The notes under the pieces are model-generated. The model ran no database searches, was not told the DNA's origin, and was given only the letters and a program-made list of their open reading frames with translations. Both the position numbers and the translations under genes were made by a program. DNA of 61,175 bases. Origin: a virus. Its lineage: Duplodnaviria > Caudoviricetes. Position 1 is the first letter of the stretch. Each line of letters begins with the position of its first letter. Below, one piece after another: positions 53,965 to 61,175 of this stretch. The stretch covers positions 1 through 61,175 of the IMG/VR virus record IMGVR_UViG_3300027892_000030; one strand, 5' to 3'.

Positions 53965-56550
53965 TTAATCTTTTTTGTTATTTCTGCCCTTGGCATTCTC
54001 TTTTGCAACAGCAAGATCATTGTCCATATTCTCTCTTGCCACTTGTAATTTGTCTTTCTCTATGGACATTTTATCAGATGCTTGTTTATTCTTAGCTTGT
54101 ATATCAGCCATCTTTAATCCAAAGTCTTTGTTAGCTTTATTTTCTTCAGCATTTAACTTACTGATTTCCAATACATCAGGAACAGCATTAGCATTAATAT
54201 CCTCTGATTCTACATTACCAAATCCTGTAGCTTGTATAATAGCAATCTTCTCTTTAGAGATTCTATCAAGTTGTTTTTGATAATCATCATTAGCTTGTTT
54301 CTCTTGAGCAAGTTGGGCAGTTTGTTGTAATGTAGCTTGAGCTTGTTCTTGTTGTTGTTGCATTTGTTGTTGTTGCAACTTGTTAGCTTGTTCTTGTTGA
54401 GCAATCTGTCTATCTCTAAGATCTTTAAATGTTTTCTTAAGTTCTCTTTGAGACTTAGTACTATATAGTTCCACTACATCATAAAGCGTGCCACCATTTT
54501 GAATAATGGCTTGAGAAAGTTGTCTAAGCTCATTAAACATTTGAGTGTCTTCTGGTCTATTAGTAAGGAACACTTTTAAGTCTCTGAATTTAAGATCTGA
54601 TCCATTCACTTGTACGAATGCAGATTGTCCTTCAGAAGTGATGTATGAAAGCGTAGATTGTGGTTTAGATGATTCTACATAAAGAGCAGCATCTATAATA
54701 GCTTGATAGAATTGTCCAAGCACATACTCGTGAGCAACGAAAAGAGGCTCTGTTTGAGAATAACTTTGTTGCATAGCAGTGTTTGTTCCTGTAGCACTTT
54801 CAGATGCAGCTACAGATCCCATACGTTGTCTAGACATACCTACAAGTTCCCAACACTCTTGTTTCATTTGTTGAGCTAATGTATATCTAGATTGTATCTC
54901 CTGCGTACGTGTAAGATCAAGAGCTGTAAACTGATTGAATGAACTAGGAGATTTTAAGTTCTCTGGGCTGTCATCAATAAACACCACACCTCTATTACGT
55001 GCTTCCATTTCCCATATGTCAAGAGCATCTTGTGCATCTCCATCTTTAGGAATAGGAATATGTCTCAATGACATAAGCTGCACCTTACCAACTTCTTTCT
55101 CTAGAAGTTTGTACAATTGGTTCATACATACATTATAAATCACTTGAAAAGGTTTCATAAGATCTACAAGAGATTTAGCCTCTGTGTTCTTCACCTCATA
55201 TGTTGTTCCTATAATAGGACAATAGTTTAATAATTTAAATGGTTTGATATGATAAATGTCTGGACCAATTTTAGTTCCTTGATACCATTCATTTACCCAT
55301 CCCCATTCTAATGATTGTTGTGTAGGAACAGTTCCTGATTTGTATGATTCATCAACAATCAATGATTGCTCATTACCCATATCATCTATGTAGATTAACT
55401 TACCTATCTTTCTCTTAGAGATCCAATAGCTTCTAACCACTACATACTTATATCCGAATGAACTTACATTATTGGTAAGACCTAAGAAGTCTTTTAGTCC
55501 ATCATTATTCTCTTTCATCTCTGATTCAATGATCATTCTTGTTTGTAACACAAGAGGGTCAAAGGTATCATACATTACAGAGTCTTGTCCAGGAATAGCA
55601 TCTGGATTACCAAGATTAGATTCTCTAACATTGATCAATCCATAATCCTGAAGAGAGGAACGTAAGTGATCTATCTCTTCTTTAGTAAGATCTGGTATGC
55701 TTTCAATAATCTCTGAAAGTTCCATAACTTGTACTGTACCAGCAGCATAAGCTCCTTGAGCTCTCCCTGTGGGATCAGATATAAACTTTCTATCAGGAGT
55801 AGTAAGAAACCAAGTGTTCTTTGGGTTAGCCACTTCAACATTAAAACCAAGTTTTGAATTGTCTTCATATATGTGATAAAATTCTCTAGCAGATATCAGT
55901 AAGTCTCTAAACGCATCTTCAGATTTTTCTTTAATATTGAATTCAGCTTTCTGACATGTAAGAATGTGGTTGGCCCATTTCTCAGCAATAGATGTATAGC
56001 TATCTAGCTCATCCTTAACCTGTTCCATTGTCATTTGTTGCAATTGTTCAGGATCAATCTCTTGTCCTTGTAAAGCTGCTTTCTGAGCAAGTTGTTGTTG
56101 AACTTGACCAATAACATATTGTTGTAATGTATCTGTTTTGAATTGTAGTTCTTCTGCTTGACTATCATCATCAAAAGCTTTCACCCTAAATGTATCTGGT
56201 CTTTTAGAGATTTCTCCTACTAACTCATTTACAGGAGTGGTAACAATAGAATACATCTTCACGTATGCAGGAAGTTCTAAATCAGATGTTAGTACGTCTG
56301 TGAAGCTTCTCACCTCTGGTTCTTGATAGAAATCTTCCATACGTAAGATTCCTTTCATAAGATCATAATTCTTAACGAATGTATCTCTGTTCTTTACATA
56401 CTCAGCATATGCTTTGTTAGAAAAATAATCCATTGTATTCTTTATCCAACTCTCATCCATCTTTTCCTTCTCTGTTTTGAACTGATCTGGGAAGATGTTT
56501 AGATAAGCATATCTAATGGTTGCGTCTTTTGTATATCTAATTATTGCCAT
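53965..56550 (-). CDS. Portal protein
   Basis: 861 aa directly after TerL. LVGEISKRP, AFRDLLISARE, SLVDLMKPFQVIYN, GMSRQRMG motifs and a Gln-rich C-terminal coiled coil. Confidence 0.88.
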   Translation of the reverse strand: MAIIRYTKDATIRYAYLNIFPDQFKTEKEKMDESWIKNTMDYFSNKAYAEYVKNRDTFVKNYDLMKGILRMEDFYQEPEVRSFTDVLTSDLELPAYVKMYSIVTTPVNELVGEISKRPDTFRVKAFDDDSQAEELQFKTDTLQQYVIGQVQQQLAQKAALQGQEIDPEQLQQMTMEQVKDELDSYTSIAEKWANHILTCQKAEFNIKEKSEDAFRDLLISAREFYHIYEDNSKLGFNVEVANPKNTWFLTTPDRKFISDPTGRAQGAYAAGTVQVMELSEIIESIPDLTKEEIDHLRSSLQDYGLINVRESNLGNPDAIPGQDSVMYDTFDPLVLQTRMIIESEMKENNDGLKDFLGLTNNVSSFGYKYVVVRSYWISKRKIGKLIYIDDMGNEQSLIVDESYKSGTVPTQQSLEWGWVNEWYQGTKIGPDIYHIKPFKLLNYCPIIGTTYEVKNTEAKSLVDLMKPFQVIYNVCMNQLYKLLEKEVGKVQLMSLRHIPIPKDGDAQDALDIWEMEARNRGVVFIDDSPENLKSPSSFNQFTALDLTRTQEIQSRYTLAQQMKQECWELVGMSRQRMGSVAASESATGTNTAMQQSYSQTEPLFVAHEYVLGQFYQAIIDAALYVESSKPQSTLSYITSEGQSAFVQVNGSDLKFRDLKVFLTNRPEDTQMFNELRQLSQAIIQNGGTLYDVVELYSTKSQRELKKTFKDLRDRQIAQQEQANKLQQQQMQQQQEQAQATLQQTAQLAQEKQANDDYQKQLDRISKEKIAIIQATGFGNVESEDINANAVPDVLEISKLNAEENKANKDFGLKMADIQAKNKQASDKMSIEKDKLQVARENMDNDLAVAKENAKGRNNKKD

Positions 56551-58577
56551 TATGTAAACAATTTATTTTTTGGTGTGTTAAACATTGGTCTGCTTTCTGT
56601 AAACAGCCTATTCTTTTTGTTCTTCTTGAACATTGATTGTATTCTTACATCTTGCTCTCCTCCTATTTTTCCCATAATGGGATCTAGTTTCATAGCAAGA
56701 GCTATTGCAAGCTCTGCAGCAATGATTCTATCAAAGTTACCTGATTCATTATACTGAATCATCTCTTCTAATAGTACAGGATCAAATATCTTGGCCATAC
56801 CCTTTATCTCAGACTTAATGTTTCCATCTTCATCCTTCTCTGTATGTATCACTTCTTCTGTATATTTCTTAAGAGCTCCATGTAAGAAGTCTCGTATTTT
56901 CTCAGAAGATCTATGTATTCCGTAATCCCTTCTAACAGTGGTGTTTGGAACTATTTCTTTTAACCAATCTGGTTGTTTCTCTAGATAATGAGCATCTCCT
57001 TTGGCTATCATGTAGTCTATAAAAGATATCTCGTCGTTCTCACATAGAGCTCTAGCATTGTAATACTTGATTAAATATCTAGCTTGCTCTTCCCATGTTT
57101 CTTTCTTCTCTGGCCTAGCACAATAGCTAGCTACAAACATATCTTGATACTTCTCTCCAGAAATAGCATGCATACGTTTGTATATATAGACAGATCCTAA
57201 TGAACTAGAATATGCAGACTTTCCTTGTCTATAAGGGTCAATCCCTGCAACATATAATCCATATGGAGGACTATCAATTGGAAACTCATATATCACTACA
57301 GGAGCATCTTTCTGATCACTATTCTTGAGAGGGAAGTTTGATATAGGACGCTTATCTGTAAACTCATGTTTCACACCATCACCATCATCATATAAAACAA
57401 CAGGTGTTCCTGTTCTTTCTTGTGCTAATAGTCTGGTCTTCTGACGTTTAGCTGCTTCTATATCAAAGATGTTTGTATCCTCATTCAAGAATATATCATC
57501 CACCTCTTGTGGATAGTACATCTTCTCTTTTAAATAAGCTAGTCTATCACCAGCTTTCTTTAATCTTTCAAGATTAGTATTTGTAATCTCATCTGCTTTC
57601 TCTTCATTAGAGACTAGCATCTTTACATTATGTAACTCAGAATCTGCTGGTTGTTCTAGATAAGCTCCTAAAGAAGAATCTTCCTTAGCTTCCATTCTAT
57701 ATTTATGGGAGATGAATAAGCCATGAATTCTTTGATCATCTTTAGCACTCTTATATTCTAAGAAGTTGAAATTCTCTACATCGAACATTAAGCTCTTTGC
57801 ATCCATGAAGTTTTGCATATCTCCACCTGTACCAGTTAGAATTGGAGAACATCCCCAACCAAATGGTGTAGTAAAACCTGGTGTTGCAGCTTGTAATCCT
57901 CTTAGGAAATTACCCTTACCTATCTCATCAATAATAAGCCTTCTAGGTTTTGTACCTGCAATAGCCTCTTCATTGTTACCACCATCTAAGTTACGAATAA
58001 GGATCTGAGAAAAGGGGATTCTCTCTCCTGCTTTTGTCTTGATCCCTAATGTAACTTGGTTTTTCCAGTTGTCTTCTACCCTCTGCCATCTCCAGGCTTC
58101 TGGTAAGAAGTTTAATCCTTTGTCAATCTTATCTGTAATAAGCTTTATATCGGGAGCATTTAGTCCTGCTATAATGTTCTGGGAGTTCTCATCGAACGTT
58201 GCACCATGACCTATGTAGGAGCTCTCAATTACTGACTTAGCTAAACGACGAATGCCCAGTATGACTAGGCCTTTCTTTTCTGTATGTGCTCTATCTATTT
58301 CGTTTGTAATAATCCACTCGTTATCACGTAGATATGGGTTAGCATATTTCTGTGATATACGTCCTCTATCATCTATAATATCCACCTCTGTATTCCAGAA
58401 GTTTAAATGCCAATATAGAAAAGGGTTAATATATACTCCTCCCATTGTACAGCCATCAATACATAGTTGTTTATGATAGGCATAGAATTCCCTATACTCC
58501 TCTGAATCTTTCTGTGGAACTCTCTTCTGATTGATGAACCAATCCTTGTAATCAATACTTTGTAAGCCATCTAACAT
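56550..58577 (-). CDS. terL: Terminase large subunit
   Basis: Walker-A-like IRRLAKS, Walker B LIIDEIG, coupling motif TGTGG, RNase H-like nuclease YVAGIDPY...NFDRI. Confidence 0.92.
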   Translation of the reverse strand: MLDGLQSIDYKDWFINQKRVPQKDSEEYREFYAYHKQLCIDGCTMGGVYINPFLYWHLNFWNTEVDIIDDRGRISQKYANPYLRDNEWIITNEIDRAHTEKKGLVILGIRRLAKSVIESSYIGHGATFDENSQNIIAGLNAPDIKLITDKIDKGLNFLPEAWRWQRVEDNWKNQVTLGIKTKAGERIPFSQILIRNLDGGNNEEAIAGTKPRRLIIDEIGKGNFLRGLQAATPGFTTPFGWGCSPILTGTGGDMQNFMDAKSLMFDVENFNFLEYKSAKDDQRIHGLFISHKYRMEAKEDSSLGAYLEQPADSELHNVKMLVSNEEKADEITNTNLERLKKAGDRLAYLKEKMYYPQEVDDIFLNEDTNIFDIEAAKRQKTRLLAQERTGTPVVLYDDGDGVKHEFTDKRPISNFPLKNSDQKDAPVVIYEFPIDSPPYGLYVAGIDPYRQGKSAYSSSLGSVYIYKRMHAISGEKYQDMFVASYCARPEKKETWEEQARYLIKYYNARALCENDEISFIDYMIAKGDAHYLEKQPDWLKEIVPNTTVRRDYGIHRSSEKIRDFLHGALKKYTEEVIHTEKDEDGNIKSEIKGMAKIFDPVLLEEMIQYNESGNFDRIIAAELAIALAMKLDPIMGKIGGEQDVRIQSMFKKNKKNRLFTESRPMFNTPKNKLFT

Positions 58578-58909
58578 TATCTTCTACCTTTTAAGAAATC
58601 TTCTGCCATACTTCCTAGCTCACCACCACCTCTTATAGGTACCACTTTAGCTTCTTCTTTCTCACGTAGTTTCTCTACTTGTTCTAAGAGAGCTAAATAG
58701 TTCTTCATTGTCTCTTGTACAAACTTACCCTGTGCTTCAATAGATGCAATCACCATAGGCATTGCTCCACCAGCTTTAGTTTCTTTCCATTTGATTCTAT
58801 CCTCTAATGTATGTAAGGGATTAGCATCAACGTATTGTTTCCAGCTTGATAACTGTTCTTCAGCCCAATCAAGTTCTGTATTTATATATGTAGTTTTCTT
58901 TATTGCCAT
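58577..58909 (-). CDS. Helical protein, candidate terminase small subunit
   Basis: 110 aa, stop overlaps the TerL start, coiled-coil C-half. Assigned by position only. Confidence 0.4.
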   Translation of the reverse strand: MAIKKTTYINTELDWAEEQLSSWKQYVDANPLHTLEDRIKWKETKAGGAMPMVIASIEAQGKFVQETMKNYLALLEQVEKLREKEEAKVVPIRGGGELGSMAEDFLKGRR

Positions 58910-58920
58910 TGTTTTGTTTT

Positions 58921-59196
58921 TTAGTATTCCTCCTCTTCCTCAAAGATGCTGTCTAAATTCATGCCATCTTTTATAATCTCCTCTATCTCTTTATCATCTA
59001 TGTGAGGACCATCTATGTTAAGTTCTATTTCATACTTCTGTATAGCATACAAGAACTCTTTGTCAGACACACCCCATACATCTGAATATTCATCCAATGC
59101 TGTGGAAATATGTCTTCCTATGTTATACGTAGGATAGGCTTTTTGTAAGCGTACCAATGTTTGTACAATTTGACGATAGTAGTTAGGAGCTTTCAT
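58921..59196 (-). CDS. Hypothetical protein (91 aa)
   Basis: Tightly packed ORF in the operon with an acidic tail. Confidence 0.6.
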   Translation of the reverse strand: MKAPNYYRQIVQTLVRLQKAYPTYNIGRHISTALDEYSDVWGVSDKEFLYAIQKYEIELNIDGPHIDDKEIEEIIKDGMNLDSIFEEEEEY

Positions 59197-59444
59197 TATA
59201 TAAGATCATTTAAATCCTCTTCAGATAGTGATGCAGGTCTTTCTCCTTCCATATCCACTTCTATTTCCATCTCACTATCATCTGTCATATATTCAGGCTT
59301 CACTGTTATTTTAATAACATCAATTGGTCCTTCTTCTCTGTTATCTTGTTGTCCTGATATATCAATATAATCAGCTCCCTCTTCAAACAGATTTGTAAGG
59401 ATTTGTATAAGTCCCTCTAGTGGTATTTTACGTAGTGAGTTCAT
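59196..59444 (-). CDS. Hypothetical acidic protein (82 aa)
   Basis: Overlaps both neighbours; in operon. Confidence 0.6.
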   Translation of the reverse strand: MNSLRKIPLEGLIQILTNLFEEGADYIDISGQQDNREEGPIDVIKITVKPEYMTDDSEMEIEVDMEGERPASLSEEDLNDLI

Positions 59445-59703
59445 CTGGTAAGGATTGTGCTACCCATTTCTTCAATGGGCATTCGCATGTTAAACATTTT
59501 GTTTTAGCAGACAATGTACATCCGCATTCTGCACAGTGTGCATCTGGTCTTAATGATTTGTAATCCTTCTTATTAGAAGAATGCTCATCACAAGCTCCAC
59601 ATATAGCTAGTCTTTCTTGACTAACCTGTTGTAGGAAAGATTTTTCGTTCTCTTCAGGAAGAAGATGATTCTTCCATCCCTCATATATTTGTCCCAGGCT
59701 CAT
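59428..59703 (-). CDS. Small Cys-rich Zn-binding protein
   Basis: RLAICGAC...HCAECGCTLSAKT...CECPLKKW pattern. Confidence 0.7.
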   Translation of the reverse strand: MSLGQIYEGWKNHLLPEENEKSFLQQVSQERLAICGACDEHSSNKKDYKSLRPDAHCAECGCTLSAKTKCLTCECPLKKWVAQSLPDELTT

Positions 59704-60043
59704 CTATTTTTGGTTTTAATGTTTTAATACTGGATTCAATGATTTGTAGTTTTAGCTCTACAGCATTTCTCTTTGTAGCTGTTATCTCTTGATCTAATAA
59801 TGTATTCTCGTATGCTTGTTTAATAGCCAACAACTTATTGTATTGTGCAAGAGCTTTCTTCTGATTGAAATAGAACTTACCAAACCCAGAGATCTCTACA
59901 CTCTTATGTATATTCAATGCGTCATTAGCAGAATCAAACTGATGTGTTACAACAGAATCAATAATCTTCTCTGATATCACCATATTAATGGACATCCTCT
60001 TGATGATCCACTCCTTCACTGACATTGTTGATGGTCTCTTCAT
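59681..60043 (-). CDS. HU/IHF-like DNA-binding protein
   Basis: SVEISGFGKFY motif after two helices. Confidence 0.65.
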   Translation of the reverse strand: MKRPSTMSVKEWIIKRMSINMVISEKIIDSVVTHQFDSANDALNIHKSVEISGFGKFYFNQKKALAQYNKLLAIKQAYENTLLDQEITATKRNAVELKLQIIESSIKTLKPKIDEPGTNI

Positions 60044-60374
60044 GTAGTAGTTTTATTTCTAATATTAAATCTTTAGTGAAATCAATAGAGATGACAGGAT
60101 TCACCTTCACCTTACCATTCTCCTTGATGAATATACCTATTCTCTTAAGCTTACTGATGATGTTGTTGATTGATGGAGATGTACTGTTGTATGTCTTACA
60201 GAACTCTTCTCTCACATTAGCATAGGTGATGTTTCCCTTAATAGCTGTAAAGGATATGAGTTGTATCTCTCTTTCTGTTAGATGTAGATTGTTTATAGCA
60301 GATAGAATACTATAATACTTAATAGCTAGTTCTATATCTGTACTTACATCTTTCTTAAGTCTTTGTACTATCAT
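59985..60374 (-). CDS. Winged-helix DNA-binding protein
   Basis: LTEREIQL...REEFCKTYNSTSPSINNIISKLKRIGIFIKENGKVKVNP fits a wHTH. First gene after the promoter at ~60391. Confidence 0.65.
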   Translation of the reverse strand: MIVQRLKKDVSTDIELAIKYYSILSAINNLHLTEREIQLISFTAIKGNITYANVREEFCKTYNSTSPSINNIISKLKRIGIFIKENGKVKVNPVISIDFTKDLILEIKLLHEETINNVSEGVDHQEDVH

Positions 60375-60390
60375 CTTGATTTAGTTTTGA

Positions 60391-60420
60391 CAAAGATATA
60401 GAATAAATATTTACAATCAA
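60391..60420 (-). promoter_or_regulatory. Bacteroidota-type promoter at the head of the structural operon
   Basis: TTG-N19-TATCTTTG with a perfect -7 box, 16 nt before the first gene. Confidence 0.7.
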
Positions 60421-60521
60421 CATATATATAAGAAATATTTATTCCAATGCTATATTATGAAAACTTTATATAGATGTATACAAAAGAACTTCTATATCTA
60501 AGAACAAACCCACCCACCCGC

Positions 60522-60554
60522 CAAAGGTATAATATAATTCTTATACATTCCAAA
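60522..60554 (-). promoter_or_regulatory. Second, tandem Bacteroidota-type promoter
   Basis: TTTG-N21-TACCTTTG. Confidence 0.55.
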
Positions 60555-60690
60555 CTTTTTTTCAAAAATTTTTTCCCAAATTGGTAAACCTATTGTGTAT
60601 GTGGGTGTGTAGAGTACTTCCAATTCGCTACCCCACCTACGTTTGGGTGAGCAGGGTGCTCCCCCACTAAATCCATTAAAACAGAACAAA

Positions 60691-61044
60691 ATGGCAATTC
60701 AAAAATTAAACGCTACAGAAGTAGCAGAGATCCAAACAGATGGTAAATTATTTCCTTACGCTAAAGGAACAAAAATGGAAGGACAAAACTATCGTCGTTA
60801 CATTTATGAAGGTAAAGTTTTTATCAGCAACGATGAAAACTTTCACAATGAACTAGGAGCAGGCGGAATTGAAAGCCTAAAGATTGAGCCTAATGATGAA
60901 GGTAAACTTGCTATGGTAGGTTATGTTACCTTTAAGAAGATGATCGGCGTTAGAAGAAACCAATTGACATTGGAAGCAATGACTGTTGAGAACTTCAAAC
61001 CAACTGCAATGGTTAATGCAGACGAGTATGCAGGGCTAGAATAG
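60691..61044 (+). CDS. Hypothetical protein (117 aa), first gene of the divergent arm
   Basis: ATG at 60691 after an A-rich leader is preferred over TTG at 60643. Biased codon use, and a terminator over the stop. Confidence 0.7.
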   Translation: MAIQKLNATEVAEIQTDGKLFPYAKGTKMEGQNYRRYIYEGKVFISNDENFHNELGAGGIESLKIEPNDEGKLAMVGYVTFKKMIGVRRNQLTLEAMTVENFKPTAMVNADEYAGLE

Positions 61045-61053
61045 CCCTGTTTT
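61031..61053 (+). terminator. Intrinsic terminator overlapping the stop of the plus-strand gene
   Basis: CAGGGCTA-GAA-TAGCCCTG-TTTT. Confidence 0.7.
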
Positions 61054-61175
61054 ACTCATATATAAGGGTGGAGAAGAGTCATGGGTGGGTGAAATAATTC
61101 CATTCATGACTTATTCCTTATATATATGTATAAAAACTTTTTACGAGGGAGAAAAAAACTTTTTCTTGAGTGTAA

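Noticed and set aside
5011-58577. Stop-codon reassignment (TAG or TGA), known in some Crassvirales
   Set aside because: Genes up to 13.8 kb are open and tightly packed under the standard code, so recoding is not needed.
50956-58577. Introns or inteins in terL, portal or MCP
   Set aside because: ORFs are continuous and of ordinary length, with no intein splice motifs or homing endonuclease noticed.
1-60300. Numerous plus-strand ORFs of 60-222 aa, including Val/Leu-rich ones at 40783, 43307 and 46252
   Set aside because: Antisense shadows of long minus-strand genes. The Val-rich ones are simply the reverse complement of Thr/Ser tracts.
60498-60689. 63-aa minus-strand ORF
   Set aside because: Overlaps promoter elements, lacks coding-like composition and has no recognisable motif.

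Overview
AT-rich window holding the virion-morphogenesis half of a crAss-like (Crassvirales-type) phage of a Bacteroidota host. Nearly all genes are on the minus strand. In transcription order (right to left) they are: small DNA-binding and Zn-finger genes, terminase large subunit, portal, scaffold-like protein, major capsid protein, conserved capsid/ring/hub genes, a block of Cys-rich virion-accessory proteins with mucin-like Ser/Thr linkers, a metallophosphoesterase, ring/IHF/ring genes and an apparently split tail stabilisation (muzzle) gene. Five large ejected-cargo genes follow. They include a 4599-aa virion RNA polymerase (DFDID motif) and a >1669-aa polyvalent protein that the ORF track misses (ART + zincin-like + PD-(D/E)XK) and that runs off the left edge. 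One divergent plus-strand gene lies at the right end. The code is standard, and I saw no introns, inteins, tRNAs or CRISPR. Main observations: (i) a mix-and-match system of shared Cys modules and Ser/Thr linkers across about 8 structural genes, one module sitting at the muzzle split; (ii) about 25 copies of a hydrophobic-x-x-G-G motif punctuating two cargo proteins; (iii) a 23-bp palindrome at identical spacing from two Bacteroidota-type promoters; (iv) a structured RNA region after the capsid gene with a tRNA-like three-way junction; (v) an unannotated 31-aa six-Cys microprotein. All family assignments come from motif recognition and gene order, not database searches.
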